DNA of 64,000 nucleotides, from assembly GCA_965116495.1 (NCBI GenBank), contig OZ220696.1:1056001-1120000 (forward strand). Direction: 5' to 3'. Position 1 is the stretch's first letter; the number at the start of each line of letters is the position of its first letter. The translations under genes were made by a program, and so were the position numbers. This document shows, piece by piece, positions 1 through 10,544 of the stretch. The notes beneath the pieces are model-generated. The model was not told the origin of the DNA, ran no database searches, and worked only from the letters and a program-made list of their open reading frames with translations. Source of the DNA: Gammaproteobacteria bacterium (GTDB lineage: Bacteria > Pseudomonadota > Gammaproteobacteria > Eutrophobiales > Eutrophobiaceae).

Positions 1-76
1 GATTCGAACCCACGAAGGGCTATCAACCCTTGCCGGTTTTCAAGACCGGTGCATTCAACCGCTCTGCCACCTCTCC
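1..76 (-). tRNA. tRNA-Ser(UGA), 3' end cut by window edge
   Basis: Reverse complement reads GGAGAGGTGGCAGAGCGGTTGAATGCACCGGTC-TTGAAA-ACCGGCAAGGGTTGATAGCCCTTCGTGGGTTCGAATC: D-arm, UGA anticodon, long variable arm, TTCGAAT T-loop. Confidence 0.95.
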
Positions 77-627
77 GATTCGAGTAGTCGCTCCTTTATC
101 GGTACAGCAACCTCATACGCACCGGCGACCGGTGCACTGTGACCTACTTCCCTGTAGGTCACCCCTGCGGGGCCAGCTTCGCTGTCCAAATTTGTTCCAG
201 ACAAATTTGTGTGACCTGCCTCCTTGTAGGTCACCCCTGCGGGGCCAGCTTCGCTGTCCAAATTTGTTCCAGACAAATTTGTCAACCGCTCTGCCACCTC
301 TCCGATTCGAGTAGTCGCTCCTTTATCGGTACAGCAACCTCATACGCACCGGCGACCGGTGCACTGTGACCTACCTCCCTGTAGGTCACCCCTCCGGGGC
401 CAGCTTCGCTGTCCAAATTTGTTCCAGACAAATTTGTCAACCGCTCTGCCACCTCTCCGATTCGAGTAGTCGCTCCTTTATCGGTACAGCAACCTCATAC
501 GCACCGGCGACCGGTGCACTGTGACCTACTTCCCTGTAGGTCACCCCTGCGGGGCCAGCTTCGCTGTCCAAATTTGTTCCAGACAAATTTGTCAACCGCT
601 CTGCCACCTCTCCGATTCGAGTAGTCG
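55..627. repeat. 155-bp tandem repeat upstream of tRNA-Ser containing interrupted copies of the tRNA 5' end and a 72-bp hairpin module
   Basis: tcaaccgctctgccacctctccgattcgagtagtcg recurs at 55, 282, 437 and 592; 72-bp module at 139-210, 211-282, 366-437 and 521-592. Confidence 0.95.
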
Positions 628-635
628 ATCCTGAA

Positions 636-659
636 GGGGACGGATTAAAATCCGTCCCC
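636..659. repeat. GGGGACRGATT-type REP-like hairpin
   Basis: ggggacggatt-aa-aatccgtcccc perfect inverted repeat; related to 21143-21219 and 22317-22337. Confidence 0.7.
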
Positions 660-836
660 GCACAGCTATCATCTTAGTATAGCAACCCCCATCCCCATCG
701 CGCCGCTGTCATTGAATTTTCAAATTTCCGCGCTACTCTTACATGCAGAAGGCACCATATTTTAAGCGCTATGTCTTGAAAAGCAACGCCATTACCCATA
801 ATATGATCCAAGTATCATAACCATCGGAGGTTTGAA

Positions 837-1508
837 ATGAGTCCACAGTATGCAATCGCTCGTCCGGCCCCATCAGTACTGGCCACAAACAAGCTGATAC
901 GTAACACCTATATCCTGCTGTCCATGACCCTGTTGTTCAGCGCATTGATGGCGGGTGTTTCCATCGCTATGAACCTGCCCAGCATGGGCCTGCTTATTAC
1001 CCTAGGCGGTTATTTTGGTCTGTTGTACCTGACTTCCGCACTGAGAAACAGCATCTGGGGTCTGGCCGCGATATTCGGCCTGACCGGTTTCATGGGTTTG
1101 ACCCTGGGGCCATTCATTAATGCTTACCTGCAGTTTTTCTCCAACGGCGGACAACTGGTCATGCTGGCCCTGGGCGGCACCGGTGTCATCTTTCTCGGGC
1201 TGTCCGGCTATGCCCTGACCACCCGCAAGGACTTCAGTTTCATGGGGGGGTTCCTTATGGTCGGGATACTGGTCGCCTTCGTGATGGGGCTCTGCGCGGC
1301 TATTTTCAGCATACCGGCCATGGCGCTGGCAGTATCGGCGATATTTATCCTGCTGATGTCAGGGCTGATCCTCTACCAGACCAGCGAGATGATCCACGGC
1401 GGTGAAACCAACTACATCATGGCAACGATAACCCTGTACGTCGCCATCTACAACCTGTTCACCAGCCTGCTGCACCTCCTGGCCATGTTCGCCGGCCAGG
1501 AACGGTAA
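837..1508 (+). CDS. yccA: Bax inhibitor-1/YccA family membrane protein
   Basis: TNKLIRNTYILLSMTL N-terminus, GGETNYIMATITLYVAIYNLFTSLL C-terminus, 7 TM pattern, GGAGG RBS. Confidence 0.93.
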   Translation: MSPQYAIARPAPSVLATNKLIRNTYILLSMTLLFSALMAGVSIAMNLPSMGLLITLGGYFGLLYLTSALRNSIWGLAAIFGLTGFMGLTLGPFINAYLQFFSNGGQLVMLALGGTGVIFLGLSGYALTTRKDFSFMGGFLMVGILVAFVMGLCAAIFSIPAMALAVSAIFILLMSGLILYQTSEMIHGGETNYIMATITLYVAIYNLFTSLLHLLAMFAGQER

Positions 1509-1523
1509 ATCCTCACTGTCAAC

Positions 1524-1553
1524 CCGGCCGATGCATCCTGACGCATCGGCCGG
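1524..1553. terminator. Hairpin after yccA between convergent genes, probable terminator
   Basis: ccggccgatgc-atcctgac-gcatcggccgg 11-bp stem. Confidence 0.55.
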
Positions 1554-1669
1554 TTCTGTTATCCGGCTCAGAGATGAATCTCTCGGCGCCGCCCATTTGC
1601 GGGGATGTGAAACCGGGAATACATTTTTATCGGCCCGGGTTACCGGCTTCCCGGTACCGGATGAATACC

Positions 1670-2710
1670 TTAACCCAGCTCTTCCGCAAGCAGGCGTAAT
1701 GCATCGATTGAAGCACCCGAGGCCAGCAGGGAACCAACGTGCCCTTTTTCCCCGGCCGCTTTCCAGCGCGTCAGGTGGTCCCTGATCCGGTCAGGCGATC
1801 CCACCAGGGCAACGTCGTCTACCAGTTCATCGGGCACCGCAGCTACCGCCTCCGGTTTTCTGCCCGAGAGGAACAGTTCCTGGATCTTTTCGGCGTCTTC
1901 TTCATAGCCCAGTTCACTGGCATAGTCATTGTAAAAATTCTTGTCCCTTGCGCCCATGCCGCCGATGTAGAGAGCCAGTTCCTGTTTGATGGGTTTGCGG
2001 CATGTTTCCAGGTCATCCCCCATACGGACGCGCACAAACGGCGCCACGTCGAAATCCGTCCTGCTCCTGCCGTTCCCTGCCGCGGCCAGCCCGGCATCGA
2101 TAGCAGACGCAAACAGGTTATACCTGTCCGGGTTCATCCATACCGGGAAAAATCCATCGGCAAGTTCCGCAGCGAGTTTGATGCCGCCGGCAGTAATGGC
2201 GGCGGTGTAGATTTTCATGGTGGGGTCACCATGCAAGATGCTCTTTAACGGTTTGCCCAGACCGGTACTGTCCTCGCCCTGGTAAGGCAGCGTGTAATGG
2301 TAACCGGCGTATTGCAGCGGCTCTTCCCGGGCAATGACCCGGCGTACGATATCGATGTATTCCCGCATGCGCGTCAGGGGCCTGGCGTAGGTCGTCCCGT
2401 ACCAGCCCTCCACCACCTGGGGTCCGGAAGGACCCAGACCCAGGATAAAGCGTCCGCCGGACAGTCCCTGCAAGGTCATGGCGCTCATGGCGGTAGAGGT
2501 CGGAGTGCGGGCAGGGACCTGCATGATGGCGGTGCCCACCTTGATCTCTGTAGTCCTGGCCAGTATCCAGGCAGCCGGCGTCAGCGCATCGGACCCGTAG
2601 GCTTCAGAGGTCCAGACGGAGTCAAAACCGAGCCGTTCCGCCTCCAGGATCTCCGCCATGGGCAGGTTGAATTCACTCTTGGAGTAGCCGATAACAAGAC
2701 CGAGTTTCAT
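1670..2710 (-). CDS. LLM-class (luciferase-like) oxidoreductase, F420-dependent subfamily-like
   Basis: AERLGFDSVWTSEAYGSDA, LSGGRFILGLGPSGPQVVEGW and ALYIGGMGARDKNFYND motifs. Confidence 0.88.
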   Translation of the reverse strand: MKLGLVIGYSKSEFNLPMAEILEAERLGFDSVWTSEAYGSDALTPAAWILARTTEIKVGTAIMQVPARTPTSTAMSAMTLQGLSGGRFILGLGPSGPQVVEGWYGTTYARPLTRMREYIDIVRRVIAREEPLQYAGYHYTLPYQGEDSTGLGKPLKSILHGDPTMKIYTAAITAGGIKLAAELADGFFPVWMNPDRYNLFASAIDAGLAAAGNGRSRTDFDVAPFVRVRMGDDLETCRKPIKQELALYIGGMGARDKNFYNDYASELGYEEDAEKIQELFLSGRKPEAVAAVPDELVDDVALVGSPDRIRDHLTRWKAAGEKGHVGSLLASGASIDALRLLAEELG

Positions 2711-2735
2711 CCGGGTAGTCTACCAGATAGCAACC

Positions 2736-2828
2736 CGTCATTCCGGTCCCCGGCTTTCGCCGAGGCATGCTTGACCTCCGTCATTCCGCTCCCCGGCTTT
2801 CGCCGGGACATGCTTGACCCGGAATCCA
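2736..2828. repeat. GTCATTCCG...GGAATCC REP-like repeat (two units), each with a nested mini-hairpin insert
   Basis: cgtcattccg[23 nt]gcttgacc occurs twice and ends in ccggaatcca. Confidence 0.75.
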
Positions 2829-2915
2829 CCGCTAAAGAAAAATGGAGCAAATCCTGCAACCTTTATTCGCATGATGTTACTGCTACATGCCTGGCTGCCC
2901 CTTGAGAATAGCCAG

Positions 2916-3611
2916 TCACTTAAATACCCTGGGCTTAAAATCAGCATGGTTAATGATGCTGGCGCTGCTGCCGGTGGCTCGGATCACAAACAGGCCTTGT
3001 TTCTCCGCATACACTTCCGAGGATTGTACCGCCTTCAGGTACGCCACCGCGCCCATAATCTGCCGGCCCCGGTAGTCCGTTTCCAAACGCGTGAAGTTCG
3101 ACAACTTCTCCAGGAAACGCTTGACGTGAGACGAGCGCAAAGTCGTCTTCACTTCCACTACCACCACTTGCCCGCTGTTGACCGCCACCAAGTCATACTC
3201 GTAATGCTCTTCGCCGCGGCGACCCTGCACGTTGTTGTATAGCAGTCTTACATCTATCCCGCGCGCTATCAACAGGTCCATCAGGTCGCCTTTCACGAGG
3301 CTCTCTACCAGCAGCCCCCAACGGGTGAAGAAGTCCTCTTGCATCTTCTTGAATCGCTTGTCGCTGTCCCGGAACATCCTGTCCATGCGCCGGTCAGTCT
3401 CTTGCATTTGCTGGTCGGTCTCCTGCCTTCGGCGGTCAGTCTCCTGCATGCGTTGGACGGTCTCCTCCTTTCTCTCCTGTGCCATGCGGTCGAGTCTGAC
3501 CGTCAGGCGATCGATGCTGTCTTCTGTTTTCTTTTGCGCTGCTGAGACTTCCCGCAAGATCTGCCAGATCTCTTCGGGCGTGGCGGGTTCCTGGGGCTGG
3601 TTGGGTTCCAT
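2916..3611 (-). CDS. DUF3782-like protein: QETDRR coiled-coil repeats plus PD-(D/E)XK-like C-terminal domain
   Basis: ATPEEIWQILRE, QETDRR heptads, WGLLVESLV, EYDLVAVN..VVVVEVKTTL, GAVAYL, GLFVIRATGSSASIIN; start placed at ATG 3611 behind an AAGGAG RBS. Confidence 0.8.
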   Translation of the reverse strand: MEPNQPQEPATPEEIWQILREVSAAQKKTEDSIDRLTVRLDRMAQERKEETVQRMQETDRRRQETDQQMQETDRRMDRMFRDSDKRFKKMQEDFFTRWGLLVESLVKGDLMDLLIARGIDVRLLYNNVQGRRGEEHYEYDLVAVNSGQVVVVEVKTTLRSSHVKRFLEKLSNFTRLETDYRGRQIMGAVAYLKAVQSSEVYAEKQGLFVIRATGSSASIINHADFKPRVFK

Positions 3612-3880
3612 GGCGACACTGCTCCTTTTCCGTTTTAATAGTGAGATGTCAGAATAACCGCGAACCGGGCAGGAATCAAGCCCATGTTCCGGTTCAGTCA
3701 TAGTTCAAATACTGCCGGTTTTGTATTTCTCATTCTTTGTGTTAGTATGTCCGCCGTTTTATCAATGGCGGTTGTAATCGGCTGCCACACACCATATATG
3801 CACCGGATATCGGGTGCCGAGGAGGCGAGGCCCGGTGCACTGATACCTGACATTTACAAACCTGCCAGAGGGGCTTTTTT

Positions 3881-5014
3881 ATGCAAATTGGTGTTCTTAA
3901 GGAGACTCATCCGGGTGAGAATCGCGTAGCGGTTATCCCGGATACGGTAAAAAAACTGGTCAAGCTCAGTGCGGAATTGACGGTTGAGTCCGGGCTCGGG
4001 CAAGGTTCCGGCTTTGCCGACGGTGAGTATGCCGATGCCGGCGCCGCGGTCAGTTCCAACCGGGACGATGTACTGTCGCAATCCGATGTAATCCTGCGCA
4101 TCCGCAAACCGGAATCGGACGAAATAGACAGGCTGAAACAGGGCTGTATCCATATCAGCTACCTGGACCCGTTTAACGAGGGCGAACTGGTGGATGCCCT
4201 GGCGCAGCACGGCGTCAGCGCCATCAGCATGGAAATGATCCCGCGCACCACCCTGTCGCAAAAGATGGATGCGCTCAGCTCCCAGGCCAACCTGGCGGGC
4301 TACGTCGCAGTGATGATGGCAGCCAACAGCCTGGACCGTCTCCTGCCCATGATGATGACGCCCGCCGGCACCATCAAGCCGGCCAGGGTATTCGTCATCG
4401 GCGCCGGGGTGGCCGGATTGCAGGCCATCGCCACGGCCAAGCGGCTGGGCGCCAAGGTGACGGCCTTCGATACCCGCCCCGTCGTCGCCGAGCAGGTGCG
4501 TTCTGTCGGCGCAAAGTTCCTGGAGATTGACCTGGGTGAGACGGGCGAGACCAAGGACGGCTATGCCCGGGAACTGACCCCGGAACAGATTGAAATTCAA
4601 CGCCAGGGCCAGAAGGCGGCCATTGCCGAATCCGATATCGTCATTACCACCGCCCAGGTGTTCGGGCGCAAGGCGCCGGTGCTGGTCACCCATGATATGG
4701 TGGAGGCCATGCAACCCGGCAGCGTCATCGTCGACATGGCCGCGGAGACCGGCGGCAACGTGGAAGGCTCGGTGGCCGGACAGGAAGTCGACGTCAACGG
4801 CGTAACCATCATCGGCCAAGGCAACTGGCCCAATTTCGTGTGCCGGGATGCCAGCCAGATGTATTCATCCAACCTCTACAATATGTTGAACGAATACTGG
4901 GACAAGGAAAGCAACTCCTTTGTCCTCGACCGGGAAAACGAGATTATCAAGGGCTGCCTGATTACCTGCGGCGGCGCCATCGTCAACGAAACCATCAAGA
5001 ACCTGCAACGTTAA
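3881..5014 (+). CDS. pntAA: NAD(P) transhydrogenase subunit alpha part 1
   Basis: MQIGVLKETHPGENRVA, QKMDALSSQANLAGY, GAGVAGLQAIATAKRLGA. Confidence 0.95.
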   Translation: MQIGVLKETHPGENRVAVIPDTVKKLVKLSAELTVESGLGQGSGFADGEYADAGAAVSSNRDDVLSQSDVILRIRKPESDEIDRLKQGCIHISYLDPFNEGELVDALAQHGVSAISMEMIPRTTLSQKMDALSSQANLAGYVAVMMAANSLDRLLPMMMTPAGTIKPARVFVIGAGVAGLQAIATAKRLGAKVTAFDTRPVVAEQVRSVGAKFLEIDLGETGETKDGYARELTPEQIEIQRQGQKAAIAESDIVITTAQVFGRKAPVLVTHDMVEAMQPGSVIVDMAAETGGNVEGSVAGQEVDVNGVTIIGQGNWPNFVCRDASQMYSSNLYNMLNEYWDKESNSFVLDRENEIIKGCLITCGGAIVNETIKNLQR

Positions 5015-5024
5015 GGAGCTAACA

Positions 5025-5309
5025 ATGGAAGCCGTATACCTCACATTCATACTGGTCCTGTCCATATTCCTGGGCTTTGAGCTGATCAGTAAAGTCCCGG
5101 CAACCCTGCACACGCCTTTGATGTCCGGGGCCAATGCCATTTCCGGCATCACCCTGGTCGGGGCCCTGACCTCGGCCGGCGCCGGCAGCGCTGAAATGGC
5201 GACCATTCTGGGGACACTGGGCGTTACCTTCGCGTCCATCAACGTGGTCGGCGGTTACATGGTGACCAACCGCATGTTGTCCATGTTCAAAAAGAAGGAT
5301 GGTGAATAG
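5025..5309 (+). CDS. pntAB: NAD(P) transhydrogenase subunit alpha part 2
   Basis: VPATLHTPLMSGANAISGI, NVVGGYMVTNRMLSMF. Confidence 0.95.
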   Translation: MEAVYLTFILVLSIFLGFELISKVPATLHTPLMSGANAISGITLVGALTSAGAGSAEMATILGTLGVTFASINVVGGYMVTNRMLSMFKKKDGE

Positions 5310-5311
5310 CA

Positions 5312-6676
5312 ATGGGTAACGCACTGCTGATCAACCTGACTTACGTGGCTGCGGCCGTTTTATTCATATTCGGCCTGAAGATGCTGAGTTCGCCGGCCAC
5401 CGCGCGCAACGGCAACCTTGTGTCCGCCTGCGGCATGCTGCTCGCCGTTGCCGTCACCCTGCTGGATCAATCCATCGTCGATTTCCGCTGGATCATCCTC
5501 GGCCTGGTAGTCGGCGGCGTTATCGGCGCGTTTGCCGCACGCCTGGTGGCAATGACCGCGATGCCGGAAATGGTAGCGATATTCAACGGCTTCGGCGGCA
5601 TCGCCAGCCTGTTCGTCGGCTGGGCCGCACTGCATTCGGGCGCGGTCTCGACCTTTAGCGTCGTAACCATCTTCCTGTCGATCCTGATCGGCGGACTGAC
5701 CTTTACCGGCAGCCTCATCGCCTATGGAAAATTAAGTGAGGTTATCTCGGGACGCCCCTACATATTCACCGGGCAACGCATCTTCAACAGCCTGTTGCTG
5801 CTTGCTATCATCATCGTCGGCGTGATGTTCTGCATGGAACCGTCGAATACCACCTTGCTGTATATCCTGATCGGCCTGTCGTTCCTGTTCGGCGTCATGG
5901 CGGTCATACCCATCGGCGGCGCGGACATGCCCGTGGTAATTTCCCTGCTGAACAGCTATTCAGGACTGGCCGCCTGTGCCGCCGGTTTTGCCATCAACAA
6001 TAACATCCTGATTGTCGCCGGCTCCCTGGTGGGCGCCACCGGCATCATCCTCACCAATATCATGTGCAAGGCTATGAACCGCTCCCTGGCCAACGTGCTG
6101 TTCAGCGGTTTCGGCGCGGTCAAGACCGCCTTGTCCAAGGTGGAAGGCGAGGTCAAGCCCATTACGCCGGATGACGCGTATTACATCCTCGAGGCAGCCG
6201 GCAGCGTCGTCGTCGTGCCCGGTTACGGCATGGCCGTGGCCCAAGCCCAGCATGTGGTCAAGGAACTGCAGGAGTTGCTGGAGAAAAACGGCGCGGAAGT
6301 GAGCTACGCCATCCACCCGGTAGCTGGCCGTATGCCCGGACACATGAACGTGCTGCTGGCGGAAGCGGACGTGCCCTACGACCTGCTTATCGAGATGGAG
6401 GATATCAACCCGCGCATGGAGATGATGGACGTGGCCATCGTCATCGGCGCCAACGACGTGGTCAACCCCGCGGCCCGGGAGATGGAGGACAGCCCCATCT
6501 ACGGCATGCCCATCATCAACGTGGACTACGCCAAAACGGTATTCGTGCTGAAACGCTCCATGGCGGCCGGTTTTGCCGGTGTCGACAACCCGTTGTTCTT
6601 CGGGGAGAACACCCGTATGCTGTTCGGGGACGCCAAGGAATCCATCGGCGCACTGGTACGGGAATTCAGCTCGTAG
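5312..6676 (+). CDS. pntB: NAD(P) transhydrogenase subunit beta
   Basis: IGGADMPVVISLLNSYSG, PGYGMAVAQAQH, HPVAGRMPGHMNVLLAEA. Confidence 0.97.
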   Translation: MGNALLINLTYVAAAVLFIFGLKMLSSPATARNGNLVSACGMLLAVAVTLLDQSIVDFRWIILGLVVGGVIGAFAARLVAMTAMPEMVAIFNGFGGIASLFVGWAALHSGAVSTFSVVTIFLSILIGGLTFTGSLIAYGKLSEVISGRPYIFTGQRIFNSLLLLAIIIVGVMFCMEPSNTTLLYILIGLSFLFGVMAVIPIGGADMPVVISLLNSYSGLAACAAGFAINNNILIVAGSLVGATGIILTNIMCKAMNRSLANVLFSGFGAVKTALSKVEGEVKPITPDDAYYILEAAGSVVVVPGYGMAVAQAQHVVKELQELLEKNGAEVSYAIHPVAGRMPGHMNVLLAEADVPYDLLIEMEDINPRMEMMDVAIVIGANDVVNPAAREMEDSPIYGMPIINVDYAKTVFVLKRSMAAGFAGVDNPLFFGENTRMLFGDAKESIGALVREFSS

Positions 6677-6752
6677 AAACTCTAACGGGACTATCCGGAT
6701 ACAAAACCAGGGATAGTTGGTTGGGCTGTTTCCGCCCGGCGGGACGCGTTCG

Positions 6753-8951
6753 CTACTGCCCTGTTCCCTGATATGTCTGGAAAAGCCCGCCCAGGAGGTA
6801 TCGATAGAGCCTGAGGGCCAGCCTCTGTTCATGCTCCTCCAGCCAGAGACGGGCGGCAGGCGTCAGCAACATCGTCTGGCAGGGTTCGTCTGCGACCACG
6901 GAGGCTGCCTGACCATCCATTGCCCCTGATGGCCGGATCGGATCGCCGGGAACACACTGATACAGACGCGTCCCGGTGGAATCGCAGACTGAAGCCCGGC
7001 CGGAAATCAGCAGTTCCAGACCGTCCTGCTCCACATCCGGTCCTGCGATGCTCTCACCCGTTGAGTAGCTGCGATTATGCAGCCAGCGTTGGAGTTTTTC
7101 CACCAGGTCCTCGAAGTAGATTTGCCGGTCAAGGTACCGTTCCAGTTCATCGCCGGTGGATTCCAGCAACATGGCGCGGCGCTTGTCAGCCATCTCGTCT
7201 TCTGCCTTCCATGCCGCAATGATGATGTCCTCGCATTGCTCGAGGGCCCGATCAGTACTCTGCTCCACCACCAGCCCGGCAAATACGGATGACGGCAGGC
7301 TGCGCTTCAATCCGGCCATAAATTGTTCCGACGGCGCACATAGAATAACCTGTGCCCCGCCCGCGTTTGCAGATTGTATAAACCTGCCCAGGACGTTCAC
7401 TGCGGAGAAGTCGAAGCCGGAGACATCGGTAAAGTCCAGTATCAGACAGGCAGGGGCGGAAGCGTCGTCCAGGCACTGCCTCAGGTGATCGACAAGAGAG
7501 TATACGCTGCCGAAGAAAATGTAGCCGCGCAGCCGGTAGGCCATCACCCGCTTGCCCTCCTGCATCAGGATGGCGAGCTCCGGGACTGAACGGGCTTTGT
7601 TGCTATGGCGCTCGCGCAGCGTGAACCGGGATTCGATCGTATCCACCCTGCTGAGTCGCACGGCGAAGAATACGAGGGTAGCCAGCAACCCGATACCCAC
7701 GCCTTGCAGCAATCCGAAGGCGATGATCGTAAAGAAGATTGTTACGATAATGACAAATTCCGACCAGGGAAGACGCTTGTGGCTTTTCACGATTCCTTCG
7801 TCCAGCATGCCGGCGCCGGCAAAGAACAGTATTCCTCCTGTCAGCGCTACCGGGAGCACCTCAAGCATCCCGTCACCCAGGAACAAGGCGCCGCCGAGAA
7901 CCAGGGAAGCGGCCACGCCGGTTATCCGCGTAGTGGCTCCGAACAGCTTGCTGCGTAACGATGCGGGCACGATCATGCAGCCAACCGTTCCTCCGCCCAG
8001 GCCGGCGATCGTGCTGGCGAATCCCGTAGCCTTGAATTCCCGGTCCCAGTCCAGATCCTGGTTAGCAGCAAGCTCAAGCCCGGCAAGATTCATGACCAGG
8101 ACGATGAAAGCAAGCAAAATCAGCGTCAACATGTTGGGAATTTGCATGGCCAGCGCGCCCCAGTCGAGATGTCTGATATCCGCCGGCAGTAATGCCGGCC
8201 AGATGTTACCGTCCGCCGTGCTGGAGAACAGCAGGCCTGCCTCCCTCGCCTCTTCAGCGGAAATTCCGAGACCGGCAAGGGCGGAATGGTACGCAGCCAC
8301 GGCAAGCACAACACTTACCGGCAGGATCGATGCATTTTTCCAGCGTTTCATTGCCAGGTACAAGGCAATGCCGAATAATGCGCCGGGAACCCACTTCCAC
8401 AGCATCGGGGGCGCCAGAAGCGCCGGTATGGCACGCGGGTCGGGTTCCGCTCCCATAAGGGACATGGAGGCTAAACAAACAATCGCACCAATTCCTGCCA
8501 CAAACCCGGCAGCCATCGGGTAAGGAATGAAGCGCAACAGATTGGAGAGTCGAAAACGTCCGATCAGGAAAAACAGCACGCCGGTGGAGACCGCGCTGAC
8601 GATGAGCGCGCTGGCCGTAGTAACAAACAGCGTATCACCTTCGGCGTCCATGGTAGTCCCGATGAGGGCCATCACGATTACCAGGGTCGGAGACAACCCC
8701 GATATCGCGCCGCGAAATCCGCCGGCGAGCGCGATGATCAGGCAGGCAGCGAAGCTTCCGAACAGGGCCAGACCAACACCCTGGGAAGTATATGGCGCCA
8801 ACGGTCCCGAGAAAATGAAAGTCCCAAAGGCAATATGGCTTACGAGCAGACCCAGACCCGAGGTGAAGCCGGCTGACAGCGCCGGCACGGCCTTCCCCGC
8901 CAGGATATCCGCTCGAAGCTCGGATCCGATGTGTTGATTCCAGGGCATCAC
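6753..8951 (-). CDS. SulP family anion transporter with STAS and cNMP-binding-like C-terminal domains
   Basis: Hydrophobic N-terminal region with LLRFIPYPMAAGF; YRLRGYIFFGS and LILDFTDVSGFDFSA (STAS); DRALEQCED; C-terminal YSTGE..GLELLISGRASV. Confidence 0.85.
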   Translation of the reverse strand: MMPWNQHIGSELRADILAGKAVPALSAGFTSGLGLLVSHIAFGTFIFSGPLAPYTSQGVGLALFGSFAACLIIALAGGFRGAISGLSPTLVIVMALIGTTMDAEGDTLFVTTASALIVSAVSTGVLFFLIGRFRLSNLLRFIPYPMAAGFVAGIGAIVCLASMSLMGAEPDPRAIPALLAPPMLWKWVPGALFGIALYLAMKRWKNASILPVSVVLAVAAYHSALAGLGISAEEAREAGLLFSSTADGNIWPALLPADIRHLDWGALAMQIPNMLTLILLAFIVLVMNLAGLELAANQDLDWDREFKATGFASTIAGLGGGTVGCMIVPASLRSKLFGATTRITGVAASLVLGGALFLGDGMLEVLPVALTGGILFFAGAGMLDEGIVKSHKRLPWSEFVIIVTIFFTIIAFGLLQGVGIGLLATLVFFAVRLSRVDTIESRFTLRERHSNKARSVPELAILMQEGKRVMAYRLRGYIFFGSVYSLVDHLRQCLDDASAPACLILDFTDVSGFDFSAVNVLGRFIQSANAGGAQVILCAPSEQFMAGLKRSLPSSVFAGLVVEQSTDRALEQCEDIIIAAWKAEDEMADKRRAMLLESTGDELERYLDRQIYFEDLVEKLQRWLHNRSYSTGESIAGPDVEQDGLELLISGRASVCDSTGTRLYQCVPGDPIRPSGAMDGQAASVVADEPCQTMLLTPAARLWLEEHEQRLALRLYRYLLGGLFQTYQGTGQ

Positions 8952-9139
8952 TCTACACTTCCATGGCGTATTGTACTTTTTCCATTATCGTTTGACACGC
9001 TGCTTATCCATGCCAGCAGTACGGCTACCGAGCGGGAATCTATAGCTAATTGATTTTTATGAATTCCCGCCCTGCTCAACCTCTTACAGGGGTAAACTTG
9101 CGCGGGGATGACATTGACTGGAGTTTCCTGAAGTATTAT

Positions 9140-10540
<1,401 letters not shown>

Positions 10541-10544
<4 letters not shown>

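Noticed and set aside
30-369. Short ORFs over the tRNA repeat (including VQICSRQIC peptides)
   Set aside because: Translations of the repeat module; the same peptide appears in spurious ORFs at 33350-33755
55-627. Possible CRISPR array
   Set aside because: Sequences between repeats are near-identical rather than unique spacers, the period is 155 bp, and there are no cas genes in the window
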